Assembly (NCBI GenBank): GCA_003211415.1
Contig: QCSV01000002.1
Location: forward strand, 6,204-70,203
Length of the DNA: 64,000 nt
Origin: Prochlorococcus sp. AG-670-M15
GTDB lineage: Bacteria > Cyanobacteriota > Cyanobacteriia > PCC-6307 > Cyanobiaceae
Direction of reading: 5' to 3'
Below are positions 51,998 to 63,562 of this stretch, one piece after another. A program made the position numbers and the translations under genes. Each line of letters begins with the position of its first letter. The stretch's first letter is position 1. The notes under the pieces were generated by a model. That model was given only the letters and a program-made list of their open reading frames with translations, was not told the origin of the DNA and did not search any database.

Positions 51998-53653
51998 CTA
52001 AACTGTTGAAATAATATTTTGTACTGCACTTTTTGCAATATTTAGAGGGCTAAAAGTATCTCTAATTAAAGCTAAGAGTTTTTTTGCATCAGTAAATTCT
52101 AATTTTTCATCTTTTATAAGACTTAAAAGAAGATTCTTCCTAACATCGGATCCTTTTTTACTAACAAATAATTTCAATCCTGCGTTAGCAACTGGTATGA
52201 GATCTGAATTAATATTCTCTGAATCTCTAAATAAAATGTTTAATAAACTTTCAACTTTTTCTACTTGGATTTGACCTTTTTTATCAAAAACGACTTCTAA
52301 AAGTATGTCTAAAATCTCTTCAGAATTATCAGTCAGTAGTTTTTTAGCAATATATGGATAAGCAATTTTTAAAATTTTAAATTCAGGGTCTAACCTTAGT
52401 GCTAAACCTTCTTGACTAACAACGGCTCTTATTATTAAGGCAAACCTACTAGGAACTCTGAAAGGATAGGAATACATTAGTTTTGAGAATTTGTCAGTTA
52501 CATTTTTAAGATTAAAATTACCAACCTCAGCGCCAAAAGATCCTCCTAGAACTTCTTTTAATGGTTCAACAAGTTTTTGAAGATCTTGTTCTTTGGTTAA
52601 AAAACCTAATTTCTGGAAATCTTTTGCGAGAAGATAATATTCTTCGTTGATTATGTGAACAATTGCCTTAATAAGAGTAAGTCTATCTGAATTTGTAATA
52701 GTATCCATCATTCCGAAATCAACATAAGCTAGATTCCCACAATCTACATTTCCTCCTTTGAGAGCAAACATATTTCCTGGATGTGGGTCTGCATGAAAAT
52801 ATCCAAATTCAAATAATTGCTGTAGTCCACTGATAACACAAGTTTTAATAAAAGAAGAAGGTATTAAGTTATTTTCCTCTAGTAAAGCTCGATCTCTTAA
52901 CTTCACTCCATCAATCCAAGAAGTTGTGATAATCCTTTTGGATGAAAACTGTTTTTCTAATTTAGGAATAAAAATATTTGGGTTTTCTTTGAATAAATTT
53001 GCAAACCTCAGTGCATTTTCGGCCTCTTTTTGATAGTCAATTTCATCAAAAAGTGCTTTGCCGAATTCATCTATTATTTCTCCTATTCCAACACCTATAT
53101 TTAATGGTAAGAATGGGGATAAAAAAGTTCCTAAAAACCTTAAGATTACGACATCCCTTCTTATGAGGAAGTACAAATTTGGCCGCTGTACTTTAACCGC
53201 TAGATAAGAATTATTTATTTTTGCTTTATAAACTTGACCTAGACTTGCTGAAGCAATAGGACTATCTGGAAACTCTTCAAATAATTCATTAGCAGGTGAT
53301 CCAAGTTCTTCCTCAATAATTTTTAAAGCAATTTTGTGATCAAATGCAGGGAGATTATCCTGTAAGTTTGTAAGTTCTGTAAGCCAATCTTGTCTAACAA
53401 GATCTGGTCTAGTTGAGAGTGCTTGCCCTAATTTGATGAAACAAGGTCCTAAATCTGTTATTACATCAAAAAGATATTTCGAGAGATTTTTTTGTACATT
53501 TTTATTTTTACTGTTACCTTGAAAAAGTATTCTTAAAAAAAGAAAAATAAAAGTTAAAAGGATATATAAAACTCTTGGGATAAAAATCCATGGTCTTAAC
53601 ATCAACCAAATTAAATTATCTTTTGCCGAATATTTTGAATAAGATCTTTTCAT
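51998..53653 (-). CDS. ABC1/UbiB atypical kinase
   Basis: GPCFIKLGQ, AVKVQRP, HADPHPGN and DFG. Confidence 0.94.
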   Translation of the reverse strand: MKRSYSKYSAKDNLIWLMLRPWIFIPRVLYILLTFIFLFLRILFQGNSKNKNVQKNLSKYLFDVITDLGPCFIKLGQALSTRPDLVRQDWLTELTNLQDNLPAFDHKIALKIIEEELGSPANELFEEFPDSPIASASLGQVYKAKINNSYLAVKVQRPNLYFLIRRDVVILRFLGTFLSPFLPLNIGVGIGEIIDEFGKALFDEIDYQKEAENALRFANLFKENPNIFIPKLEKQFSSKRIITTSWIDGVKLRDRALLEENNLIPSSFIKTCVISGLQQLFEFGYFHADPHPGNMFALKGGNVDCGNLAYVDFGMMDTITNSDRLTLIKAIVHIINEEYYLLAKDFQKLGFLTKEQDLQKLVEPLKEVLGGSFGAEVGNFNLKNVTDKFSKLMYSYPFRVPSRFALIIRAVVSQEGLALRLDPEFKILKIAYPYIAKKLLTDNSEEILDILLEVVFDKKGQIQVEKVESLLNILFRDSENINSDLIPVANAGLKLFVSKKGSDVRKNLLLSLIKDEKLEFTDAKKLLALIRDTFSPLNIAKSAVQNIISTV

Positions 53654-53716
53654 TAAAATTAAAAATATTAAAAAAGATTAGCTTATAGTTCATTCTATAT
53701 ATGTCAATAATACTTT

Positions 53717-55108
53717 ATGAGCATTTCATCTTTTCTAACTAAAAAGTTTTTAAAGTCTCTATTCTTTCCCGCTCATAACAGAGGGGCCGCTTTACCAAGG
53801 AAATTAATAAAGTTATTAAAAAATCCACCTGGGTATTGGGACTTGCCCGAACTGCCAGAAATTGGTTCACCACTATCCCAAAGCGGATTAATTGCTAATT
53901 CTCAAAGAGAATTCTCAGACAAATTTGGGGCGAAAGGATGTTTTTTTGGAGTTAATGGAGCTTCTGGATTAATACAATCAGCAGTAATTGCGATTGCGAA
54001 TCCAGGCGAAACTATCCTGATGCCAAGGAATGTTCATATAAGTGTTATAAAAACCTGTGCAATGCAGAACATAAATCCAATTTTTTTTGACCTAGAATTT
54101 TCAAAAGAAACAGGACATTACAAACCAATTACAAAGATTTGGTTGAAAAATGTATTTAAAAAATTAGATTTTGATAAGAATAAAATTGTAGGAGTAATTC
54201 TTGTAAGTCCCTCTTATCATGGATATGCCGGAGATTTAGAACCTTTAATAGATATTTGTCATCAAAAAAATTTACCTGTTTTAGTTGATGAAGCCCATGG
54301 TTCTTATTTCCTTTTTTGTAAAAACCTTAATTTACCAAAGCCCGCATTATCATCAAATGCTGATTTAGTCGTTCATTCATTGCATAAGTCACTAAATGGT
54401 TTAACTCAAACGGCGATACTCTGGTACAAAGGGAATCTAATTAATGAACGTAATTTAATAAAGAGCATTAATTTATTGCAAACTACTAGTCCAAGTTCCT
54501 TATTACTTTCTTCTTGTGAAGAGTCTATTAAAGACTGGCTTAATAAAAAAAGTTTATCAAAATATCAAAAAAGAATTTTAGAAGCAAAAAATATCTACAA
54601 AAAATTAATTCAAAAAAATATTCCTCTCATAGAAACCCAAGATCCCTTAAAAATTGTATTAAATACCTCAAAGGCTGGAATTGATGGTTTTACTGCTGAT
54701 AAATTTTTTTATGAAAATGGCCTTATTGCTGAATTACCAGAAATGATGACTCTCACGTTTTGCTTAGGATTTGCAAATCAAAAAGATTTTCTTAATTTAT
54801 TTGAAAAGTTATGGAATAAATTACTATTAAATTCTAAAAAATCAAAAAGTTTAGAAGTACTCCAATCACCCTTTGAATTAGTTCAAGCACCCGAAATTGA
54901 AATTGGGATTGCTTGGAGAAGTGAGACATGTAGTATTCCTTTCTCCCAATCATTAAATAAAATATCAGGAGATATTATTTGCCCTTATCCTCCAGGGATA
55001 CCTCTACTAGTTCCTGGAGAAAAAATTGATATAGATAGGTTTAATTGGATAAATAATCAAAGTTTATGCAACAAAGATCTGGTAAATTTTAATATAAGAG
55101 TCATATAA
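53717..55108 (+). CDS. Orn/Lys/Arg decarboxylase family (PLP-dependent)
   Basis: DEAHG, HSLHKSL, TTSPS and PYPPGIP. Confidence 0.9.
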   Translation: MSISSFLTKKFLKSLFFPAHNRGAALPRKLIKLLKNPPGYWDLPELPEIGSPLSQSGLIANSQREFSDKFGAKGCFFGVNGASGLIQSAVIAIANPGETILMPRNVHISVIKTCAMQNINPIFFDLEFSKETGHYKPITKIWLKNVFKKLDFDKNKIVGVILVSPSYHGYAGDLEPLIDICHQKNLPVLVDEAHGSYFLFCKNLNLPKPALSSNADLVVHSLHKSLNGLTQTAILWYKGNLINERNLIKSINLLQTTSPSSLLLSSCEESIKDWLNKKSLSKYQKRILEAKNIYKKLIQKNIPLIETQDPLKIVLNTSKAGIDGFTADKFFYENGLIAELPEMMTLTFCLGFANQKDFLNLFEKLWNKLLLNSKKSKSLEVLQSPFELVQAPEIEIGIAWRSETCSIPFSQSLNKISGDIICPYPPGIPLLVPGEKIDIDRFNWINNQSLCNKDLVNFNIRVI

Positions 55109-55123
55109 ACATATAAATATCGT

Positions 55124-55981
55124 ATGAGATTAAAAAGCGGCTTACTTATAGGAATTTTTGGTTTAATTGTAGTTTTGTTGGGGGGATGGTTTTTTACATT
55201 GGCAACAGCTTTGCTTACATATTTAGCATTATTGGAATTTTTTAGAATGGCAGAATTTAAAGGAATAAAACCAGCTACAAAGACTACATTATTTTCATCT
55301 TTCGTTATTATAATTTCCACTTATCTTGAGACCATTGGTTTACTTGATGGAGAAATATCAAATTCAATTTTGCCAATCTGTTCAGTTGGAATATGCACTT
55401 GGTTACTTTTGCAACCAAAACCTGGAACAATTTCAGATATTGCAGCCTCTATTTTTGGATTATTCTATTTGGGGTTTTTACCTAGTTATTGGATTAAGTT
55501 AAGGGGATTAGATTCAGTGATAATTAGTTCAAATCAGAGTTTTATTTCGTTTGAGAACTTATCAAATACTACAGGCCTTCAATTAACATTAACTTCTTGT
55601 TTTTTAATTGTGGCTAGTGATATTGGTTCTTATTTCATTGGGAAGTCATTTGGTAAAACATCACTTTCTCCAATATCTCCGAGCAAAACTATAGAAGGTC
55701 TAATTGGAGGAATATCCTGTTCAATTTTATTAGCAATATTTTTCGCATTTTTAATGAATTGGGAAAATCCATTATTTGTTGGTATCTTATATGGAATTTC
55801 AATTTCTCTTATGGCACTAGTTGGAGATTTAATTGAATCTATGATGAAGAGAGATGCGAAAATAAAAGATTCCGGAACTTTTTTACCTGGACATGGAGGA
55901 ATTCTTGATAGAATTGACAGCTACATCTTTACTCCATCTGTTTTGTATTACATTTTTATAATTCTAAAGTATCTAAATTAA
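55124..55981 (+). CDS. cdsA: Phosphatidate cytidylyltransferase
   Basis: SPSKTIEG and KDSG..LPGHGGILDRIDS. Confidence 0.96.
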   Translation: MRLKSGLLIGIFGLIVVLLGGWFFTLATALLTYLALLEFFRMAEFKGIKPATKTTLFSSFVIIISTYLETIGLLDGEISNSILPICSVGICTWLLLQPKPGTISDIAASIFGLFYLGFLPSYWIKLRGLDSVIISSNQSFISFENLSNTTGLQLTLTSCFLIVASDIGSYFIGKSFGKTSLSPISPSKTIEGLIGGISCSILLAIFFAFLMNWENPLFVGILYGISISLMALVGDLIESMMKRDAKIKDSGTFLPGHGGILDRIDSYIFTPSVLYYIFIILKYLN

Positions 55982-55993
55982 TTAAAAAATCTT

Positions 55994-56893
55994 TTATTCC
56001 AAAAAATAATCTTGAATAATTTTACTAGATAATGATGGTAAATCTACATGTGGAAGATGACCACAATTTTGCAACCCTACAAAATTTAATTTTTCAATAC
56101 TTCTTATATTTTTAATTTCTTTTTTTCCAAGAATTCGATCATTTTCTCCACATACTGTTTTAATTGGGATATTTTGGATATATTTATGAGTTCCAGCAAA
56201 ACCTCCACTTTTTGCAAATGATGCAAGTGAATTTCTCCATCCTTTGCAACCTAGATGAATTGAAGCAATTTGCTCTTCCATCTCACCAACACATTTATCT
56301 GGAAAAGCAAATGCTTGCCTACAAAGACTTTTTCTGACCTTAGGCAATCCAAGAAATGAGGCACCGATTTGGTTAAGAGGAAAAGGAATGCTCTTAGGTT
56401 TTCCAAATAATCCGGCAGGAGACAAAAGGATAATTTTATCTATATGGTCAGAAATTTCAAAAGCAAGATTTAAAGCTGTTGAGCCCCCCATAGAGGCACC
56501 AATAATTTTCAGATTATTTGTTATCTTTAAGGTATTAAGGAGATCAATTAAATGCGAAATTATTTTCGAGGAATTGTATTCATTTGTTGCGCACCTAGGA
56601 CTAAAACCAAAACCCAACAGATCAGGAATGATAACTTGAAAATTTCTTTTTAGTGATTTATATATTCTCCTGAACTCTAAAAAACTACTGTCAAAGCCAT
56701 GCAGAAGAAGTATGGGCTGACCTTCTCCTCCAATAACTACTGGGAATTTTAAAGAGTTCCAGTTTTGGTTAAGTTTTATCCACTTAACATCATTTGCCAA
56801 ATAAAGACCTAAAGGGTCTAATAGTGAGACTTTGGCACTTTCAAAATATTCTGCATTTAAATCATTTAATTGTTCAAAATTGTATTTATTCAA
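55994..56893 (-). CDS. Alpha/beta fold hydrolase
   Basis: HGFDSS, GASMGG and GHLPH. Confidence 0.9.
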   Translation of the reverse strand: MNKYNFEQLNDLNAEYFESAKVSLLDPLGLYLANDVKWIKLNQNWNSLKFPVVIGGEGQPILLLHGFDSSFLEFRRIYKSLKRNFQVIIPDLLGFGFSPRCATNEYNSSKIISHLIDLLNTLKITNNLKIIGASMGGSTALNLAFEISDHIDKIILLSPAGLFGKPKSIPFPLNQIGASFLGLPKVRKSLCRQAFAFPDKCVGEMEEQIASIHLGCKGWRNSLASFAKSGGFAGTHKYIQNIPIKTVCGENDRILGKKEIKNIRSIEKLNFVGLQNCGHLPHVDLPSLSSKIIQDYFLE

Positions 56894-56901
56894 AAAAATT
56901 T

Positions 56902-57993
56902 TTATGTTCTAATTTTTTGTTGTTCAAAATTTGAAATGAGCTCAACAATGTCCCGTTTGTGAATTTCAAAAGGCAAAAAGTGAATCTCAGACTTATCTCG
57001 ACAAGCAAAATCAGCAATTTTCTCTAAATTGTTATTTTCAAAAACATTTATACCGAGTTGTGCAATAGTAGTTGGCAAATTCAATTCTTTCATAAGTACA
57101 AATAGTTGTTTAATTGATTGATCTGCTAATTTATTATTATTTTTCATTTCTTCTAGTCTCAATTGCAATAATAATCCAACCCCAACAATCTCACCATGTA
57201 AGAATTTGTTAGGGGTAATTATCTGAGTAATTGCATTATGAATAGCATGTGCTGCTGCAGTCCTACACTTTTCTCCACCAATACCACCTACTAAGCCTGC
57301 TGTAAGTCCACATGCCTCTACAGTATTTTGCCAAGACGGATTATTTTCAAATTGAAACTTAAATGCTTTTTCTCCATTTATTAATAGTTGATCTCTTAAA
57401 ACTCTTGATATCTGAATTGCTTGTTGAACAAGACCATCATCTAATGTTGAACTTGTTATTGAGGATTCGTACCATTTTGCCAAAGCATCTGCTATTCCAC
57501 TAGCAAGTGTTCTAGATGGAGCTGTTTGAATGAATTTATGATCATAGACTAATATTTTAGGACAAGATCCTAATGCAACATCCTCTATGAATTGGCCATC
57601 TTTTGTATAAATATTTGATAGGGCTGTCCAACCTGCACATGTAGAGGCGCTAAGGGGTACTGTAATGCAAGGTATATTTAAAGACTCGGCTATGTATTTT
57701 CCACAATCCAGAACTTTGCCACCTCCAGCAGCTATAACAGAATCGTTATTATTCGTTAAAATGATGTCCTTTAATCTTGATATGTCTTCATGACAACAAT
57801 CAAATTTTAAATTGGCATTATTAACACTAAGGCCTTGATTTTTTAAATCGATAAAAATTTTATTTCTTAGATTATTTGTATTGGTGCTCCTACCTAAAAT
57901 TAATGGACTTTTAGTTAATTTACTAATTTGAGGTAAAGATTTTTCCCAAGCATACCTTCCCCTAAATATAATTTCTGGAGAGATTGACTGCAT
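56902..57993 (-). CDS. gldA: Glycerol dehydrogenase-like (iron-containing ADH family)
   Basis: GGGKVLD, GIADALAKWYE, HAIHN and HGE. Confidence 0.85.
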   Translation of the reverse strand: MQSISPEIIFRGRYAWEKSLPQISKLTKSPLILGRSTNTNNLRNKIFIDLKNQGLSVNNANLKFDCCHEDISRLKDIILTNNNDSVIAAGGGKVLDCGKYIAESLNIPCITVPLSASTCAGWTALSNIYTKDGQFIEDVALGSCPKILVYDHKFIQTAPSRTLASGIADALAKWYESSITSSTLDDGLVQQAIQISRVLRDQLLINGEKAFKFQFENNPSWQNTVEACGLTAGLVGGIGGEKCRTAAAHAIHNAITQIITPNKFLHGEIVGVGLLLQLRLEEMKNNNKLADQSIKQLFVLMKELNLPTTIAQLGINVFENNNLEKIADFACRDKSEIHFLPFEIHKRDIVELISNFEQQKIRT

Positions 57994-58008
57994 ATTTACG
58001 TTTAATAA

Positions 58009-60540
58009 TTAGAAATTAGCACCTGCTAACTCTTGAGAAGATTCTTCAGGAGAAATATTTATTGTTACTTTTTTATTATCATCTATATCAACTAAAGCCT
58101 TATCTCCATCTTTTATTCTCCCAGAGAGAACTTCTTCAGCCAAACTATCCTCTAGTAGACGCATAACTGCCCTTCTCAAAGGTCTTGCTCCGTAGGAAGG
58201 GTTATACCCTTCTTCAACAAGCCTTTCTTTGAAAGCGTCGGTTACATTTAAGTTAATACCTTTATCTTGTAATCGAGCAAAAACTTCTTGCAACATTATT
58301 TCAGCAATCTCCTTAACTTCATTTTTAGTTAATTGCCTGAAAACAATTATTTCATCAAGTCTATTTAAAAATTCAGGCCTAAAGTATTGCTTAAGTTCTT
58401 CATTAACTAAAGATTTTATTCTGTTGTATTGGCTATCTTCAACTGAATCTCCTGAGAATTCAAATCCTAGACCACCGCCACCTTTCTCGATTACTTTAGA
58501 ACCGATATTAGAAGTCATTATTAACAATGTATTTTTAAAATCTACAGTTCTACCTTTGGAGTCAGTTAATCTTCCGTCTTCAAGTAGTTGCAATAATAAA
58601 TTGAATACATCTGGATGCGCCTTTTCAACTTCATCAAACAGAACGACTGTATAAGGACGTCTTCTTACCGCCTCTGTAAGCTGACCACCTTCATTAAAAC
58701 CAACATAGCCAGGGGGAGAGCCTATAAGTTTACTTACTGTATGTCTCTCCATAAATTCTGACATATCTAATCTGATCATTGCTTCTTCACTACCAAAGAA
58801 ATATGAAGCTAGTGATTTAGTCAATTCAGTTTTACCTACACCAGTAGGACCAGAAAAAATAAAACTTGCGATGGGTCTATTAGGATTTTTCAATCCAACT
58901 CTTGCTCTTCTTATCGCTCTAGAAACAGCTTTTACTGCTTCATCTTGTCCAATTAGCCTTTGGTGAAGAGTTTCCTCCATATTAAGAAGCTTGACTGATT
59001 CCGTTTCTGTTAATTTTTGAACAGGAACGCCTGTCCATGAAGCCACTATATGTGCTACATCCTCTTCACTAACTAGGGGGCTTTGCAAGAGTTTTGAATC
59101 GGTTTCTACAGGCTTATTATCAAAATCAGGTTGATCTAGAGCTGTAGATTCTTTTCTATTATTGTCCAATACCTCTTTAATTTTTGCAGACAATTCCATC
59201 TCTTTCTCACGTAATTGGCCAGCTTGATCAAAATTTTGGTCTCTGACAGATTCTTCTTTCTGTTTTTGGATTTGTCTTAGTTCTCTATCTATTTGTTTTG
59301 CTTCAGGTGGCAGTTTAGAGTTTATTAAACGTACTCTGCTTCCAGCTTCGTCGATGAGGTCTATAGCCTTGTCAGGAAGAAATCTATCAGATATATAACG
59401 ATCCCCCAAATGAGCTGCTGCCTCTAGGGCATCATCAGTAATTTTTAAGCGATGATGCTGTTCATAACGCTCTCTAAGACCTTTTAGAATTTCGATTGTA
59501 TCTTCAATAGACGGCTCCCCTACCATTACAGGTTGAAATCTTCTTTCCAGAGCAGCATCTCTCTCAATATGTTTTCTATATTCATCGAGAGTTGTTGCTC
59601 CAATACATTGAAGTTCTCCTCTAGCTAATGCTGGCTTCAGAATATTAGCTGCATCTATAGCTCCTTCAGCAGCTCCAGCACCAATTAAAGTATGGACTTC
59701 ATCAATAACAAGTATGACATTACCTGCTGATTTGATTTCTTCCATTATTTTTTTTAACCTTTCTTCAAATTCACCTCTATATTTTGTTCCTGCAACCAAA
59801 AGTCCAATATCAAGTGTCAAGACCCTCTTATCTTCAAGTATGTCAGGAATATCTCCCGTTTGAATCCTTTGAGCTAAACCTTCTGCGATAGCTGTTTTAC
59901 CAACTCCTGGCTCTCCAATGAGAACAGGATTATTTTTTGTCCTCCTACCTAATATCTGGACTACACGATCTATTTCTGAATGCCGGCCAACAACTGGATC
60001 TAATTTTGACTCACTGGCTAATTTCGTTAAATTTGTACCAAATTCATCAAGAGTAGCAGTTTTTAAGTTGCCTTTAGTGGAACTACCACCTGTGCCAACC
60101 TCGGCTGTTTCACCAAGCATTCTTATTACTTGAGTTCTTACTTTGGTAAGGTCAATATTAAGATTTTCAAGAACCCTTGCAGCAACACCTTCGCCTTCTC
60201 TTATTAAACCTAATAATAAGTGTTCTGTACCTATGTAATTGTGACCTAATTGACGAGCCTCCTCAAGAGATAGTTCTAAAACTCTTTTAGCTCTAGGGGT
60301 GAAAGGTATTTCAACAGCTACGAACCCTGAACCTCTACCTATTATCTTTTCTACTTCTATCCTTGAATCTTTTAAATTAACACCAAGCGACTTAAGAACT
60401 TTCGCTGCAACACCAGTTCCTTCTCCAATTAAACCTAAAAGAATTTGCTCAGTTCCAACGAAATTATGACCAAGTCTTCTAGCTTCCTCTTGAGCAAGCA
60501 TAATGACTTTTATAGCTTTTTCTGTAAATCTCTCAAACAT
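58009..60540 (-). CDS. clpC: Clp protease ATP-binding subunit ClpC
   Basis: MFERFTEKA; two AAA+ modules; GGGGLGF. Confidence 0.97.
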   Translation of the reverse strand: MFERFTEKAIKVIMLAQEEARRLGHNFVGTEQILLGLIGEGTGVAAKVLKSLGVNLKDSRIEVEKIIGRGSGFVAVEIPFTPRAKRVLELSLEEARQLGHNYIGTEHLLLGLIREGEGVAARVLENLNIDLTKVRTQVIRMLGETAEVGTGGSSTKGNLKTATLDEFGTNLTKLASESKLDPVVGRHSEIDRVVQILGRRTKNNPVLIGEPGVGKTAIAEGLAQRIQTGDIPDILEDKRVLTLDIGLLVAGTKYRGEFEERLKKIMEEIKSAGNVILVIDEVHTLIGAGAAEGAIDAANILKPALARGELQCIGATTLDEYRKHIERDAALERRFQPVMVGEPSIEDTIEILKGLRERYEQHHRLKITDDALEAAAHLGDRYISDRFLPDKAIDLIDEAGSRVRLINSKLPPEAKQIDRELRQIQKQKEESVRDQNFDQAGQLREKEMELSAKIKEVLDNNRKESTALDQPDFDNKPVETDSKLLQSPLVSEEDVAHIVASWTGVPVQKLTETESVKLLNMEETLHQRLIGQDEAVKAVSRAIRRARVGLKNPNRPIASFIFSGPTGVGKTELTKSLASYFFGSEEAMIRLDMSEFMERHTVSKLIGSPPGYVGFNEGGQLTEAVRRRPYTVVLFDEVEKAHPDVFNLLLQLLEDGRLTDSKGRTVDFKNTLLIMTSNIGSKVIEKGGGGLGFEFSGDSVEDSQYNRIKSLVNEELKQYFRPEFLNRLDEIIVFRQLTKNEVKEIAEIMLQEVFARLQDKGINLNVTDAFKERLVEEGYNPSYGARPLRRAVMRLLEDSLAEEVLSGRIKDGDKALVDIDDNKKVTINISPEESSQELAGANF

Positions 60541-60718
60541 AAGAAGATTAAATTCCTATTAATAACCTACCAGTAATATGTCAATTTTGTGTTCAGAATG
60601 AGCTTTTGTGAATACCCAAAAATATAATTTACCTAATTAAAATGAACTTTTTTAGTGCTATAGCAAGAATTAATAGTAATTTCAAGCATTCTGGTTATCC
60701 GCACAATTAAATTAAACA

Positions 60719-61159
60719 TTATTTTGTTGTTAAAACTTTTTCTTTTAAAAGAGCATGTGAACCATCTTTATAGTAATTTTTTCTTATTCCGACGGTAGAA
60801 AAATCAAACTGACTATAGAATCTTTCAGCAGTAACATTGCTCTCAGAAACCTCCAATAGTAATTTTTTAAGACTTAATTCTTCGCATTTTTTTATTAAAT
60901 AACACATTAGATAAGAACCAAAGCCCTTTTTCCTAAATTTCTGATTTACAACAAAATAATTTATTTGAGCTTCATCAAGAACAACATGAAAAACACATAT
61001 CCCAATAACAAAATTTGTAATCAATAACCCAAAGATTTTTGTACCTTCTTTTTTGGATTCGTTGACCCATTGTTTCTTGCTCCACAGGGAAATCGTATCT
61101 GAATCTAATTCATAACATAAATCAATATCTTTCTCATTTATTTGTTTAATAGATATCAT
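60719..61159 (-). CDS. rimI: RimI-like GNAT acetyltransferase
   Basis: FRKKGFG, LEVSESN and RKNYY. Confidence 0.85.
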   Translation of the reverse strand: MISIKQINEKDIDLCYELDSDTISLWSKKQWVNESKKEGTKIFGLLITNFVIGICVFHVVLDEAQINYFVVNQKFRKKGFGSYLMCYLIKKCEELSLKKLLLEVSESNVTAERFYSQFDFSTVGIRKNYYKDGSHALLKEKVLTTK

Positions 61160-61248
61160 TTTATTATGTATGTATATTTAGAAAGTTCAAATCTAGAGTC
61201 ATTATAAAATATGACAGTTTTGGCAAAACTTTATTTTAAAGTTCCCCC

Positions 61249-62622
61249 ATGGAAGAAAAACAATCTTTTTTAAAACAGAAAATCGACTTGGATAGTCCTA
61301 ATAAAAATATAGTACCTATTACTACCTCCATTGGAGGAGATGGAAAATTATCAGTTGGTGGATGTTCCATTGAAGAATTAGTTAAAAAATATGACTCTCC
61401 TCTTTACATCCTTGATGAATTAACTTTAAGAAAATCTTGTAGAGCTTATAAAAAAGCATTAGAAAAATATTACCCAGGGGAATCACTCCCTATATATGCC
61501 TCAAAGGCAAATAGCTCCATATTCATGAGTAACCTTGTTTCCTCAGAAGGTTTAGGACTTGATGCGGTTTCTGAGGGAGAATTATTAACTGCTCTTAAGG
61601 GTGGGGTACCAAATGAAAAGATTGTTTTTCATGGGAACAATAAATCTGACAAAGAAATAGATTTCGCAATTAGAAATGACATAAAAATAATTGTAGATAA
61701 TGACTACGACTTAAAAAGATTAGAGGAACTATCAAATTCATTAGATCATGACTTAGAAATCATGATTCGCTTTACTCCGGGAATAGAATGTCATACACAT
61801 GAATATATAAGGACAGGTTCATTTGATAGTAAATTTGGTTTTGGAATTGAATATTTGAATAATTTATTTGCAATCATAAGCGATACTAAACATCTAAAGT
61901 TAAAAGGAATACATGCTCATATTGGATCCCAGATTTTTGAACTTGACCCTCATAAGGATTTAGGTGAAATAATGGTAAAGGTAATTTTGGACGCCAAAAA
62001 ATTTGGACATAATATTAAAGAACTAAATGTTGGTGGAGGCTTAGGCATTAAATATACAAAAAACGACGATCCACCCTCAATTCATGAATGGGTAAAAACA
62101 ATTTCCAACTCTGTTGTTAAAGCCTGTAAAAAGTACAATTTAGATCTACCTAAATTGATGTGTGAACCTGGAAGATCAATCGTATCAACAGCCGGCATAA
62201 CAATTTACAAAATTGGAGCTTTTAAAGAAATTCCTGGAATCAGAACTTATTTATCTGTTGATGGAGGGATGAGTGATAATCCTAGACCCATAACATATCA
62301 ATCAAATTATTCTGCTTGTTTGGTAAGTAATCCATTTAATATTAATTCCAAAAATAAATATACAATTGCTGGCAAACACTGTGAATCGGGAGATGTATTG
62401 TTCAAGGAAATAGAACTAGCAAATTGTAAAACAGGAGATCTAATATGTGTTTTTGGTACTGGTGCATATAATAATTCAATGAGTTCAAATTACAACAGAA
62501 TCCCAAGACCTGCTGCTCTTTTAGTTTGTGACGGTGAAGCAGAAATAATTCAAAAAAGGGAAAGTCCTTTTGATCTTTTAAAATATGATGTATTGCCTGA
62601 TCGCTTTATTAAACAAAGTTAG
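61249..62622 (+). CDS. lysA: Diaminopimelate decarboxylase
   Basis: YASKA, HIGSQ, EPGR and CESGD. Confidence 0.96.
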   Translation: MEEKQSFLKQKIDLDSPNKNIVPITTSIGGDGKLSVGGCSIEELVKKYDSPLYILDELTLRKSCRAYKKALEKYYPGESLPIYASKANSSIFMSNLVSSEGLGLDAVSEGELLTALKGGVPNEKIVFHGNNKSDKEIDFAIRNDIKIIVDNDYDLKRLEELSNSLDHDLEIMIRFTPGIECHTHEYIRTGSFDSKFGFGIEYLNNLFAIISDTKHLKLKGIHAHIGSQIFELDPHKDLGEIMVKVILDAKKFGHNIKELNVGGGLGIKYTKNDDPPSIHEWVKTISNSVVKACKKYNLDLPKLMCEPGRSIVSTAGITIYKIGAFKEIPGIRTYLSVDGGMSDNPRPITYQSNYSACLVSNPFNINSKNKYTIAGKHCESGDVLFKEIELANCKTGDLICVFGTGAYNNSMSSNYNRIPRPAALLVCDGEAEIIQKRESPFDLLKYDVLPDRFIKQS

Positions 62623-62650
62623 GTACATTTAGATTAATTTTTTATTTAAT

Positions 62651-63559
62651 GTGAATTTCTGGGGGCTAATAAATTTAAAACTTTTATTAGATGTCCTATT
62701 TGCAGTTGGTTTTGGACTTTTATTATTTTCTAGAGTCAAAGAACAGAGAACATTATGGCTTTTAAGGGGGTATTTATTTTTAGTTTCAACCGCATGGTTC
62801 ATTCAAAGATATGCTTACCTTCCATTAACATCAAAGTTAATCGATGCTGTGGTATTAGCCTGCTCTCTCTCTTTAGCAATCCTTTGGCAAGGGGAGCTTA
62901 GAAGATTAATGGAATTATTAGGAACTGGCAGGCTAACTGTATTACTAGGAAATCAGCCAAAAGAGTTTCGAGCAACATCAACTACTATTTCTAAGTTAGT
63001 TGATACTGCAGGTAAACTTTCACAGAATAGAAGAGGCGCTTTAATCGTTGTTGATTTAGGGAGTGATTTAAGACCTGAAGATTTTTTATATTCGGGTACA
63101 AATATTGAGGCACAATTATCAACTGAGCTTTTAATAAATCTTTTTGCAACAGATACCCCGTTACATGATGGAGCTGTTCTTGTGAAAGGTAATAAAATAA
63201 TTTCTGCTGGCGTAATACTGCCTCTCTCAAGACAAGGAATAAGTAGATATGGCACAAGACATTTAGCAGCATTAGGAATTACAGAAAGATTTGATAGATG
63301 TATTTGTATTGTTGTTTCTGAAGAAACAGGTACGCTATCATTAGCAAATCAAGGTAAACTCGAAAGGCCAATAACCAGCAGCAGATTACAAGAACTTCTT
63401 GCAAAATTGATTGGAAATCAAAACTCTATGGGAACAAGTAAATCTTCTATAGGCAAAAATAATGTGTCCCAAAAGACCAACCCAAGTGATAACATTACCA
63501 TTGATGTTAAAGAAAAAGAATTTAGTAAATCAGAGAATTTTACAAACATAAAGGATTAA
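62651..63559 (+). CDS. cdaA: Diadenylate cyclase (membrane-anchored)
   Basis: Three TM helices; PLHDGA and GTRH..A DAC motifs. Confidence 0.93.
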   Translation: MNFWGLINLKLLLDVLFAVGFGLLLFSRVKEQRTLWLLRGYLFLVSTAWFIQRYAYLPLTSKLIDAVVLACSLSLAILWQGELRRLMELLGTGRLTVLLGNQPKEFRATSTTISKLVDTAGKLSQNRRGALIVVDLGSDLRPEDFLYSGTNIEAQLSTELLINLFATDTPLHDGAVLVKGNKIISAGVILPLSRQGISRYGTRHLAALGITERFDRCICIVVSEETGTLSLANQGKLERPITSSRLQELLAKLIGNQNSMGTSKSSIGKNNVSQKTNPSDNITIDVKEKEFSKSENFTNIKD

Positions 63560-63562
63560 CTA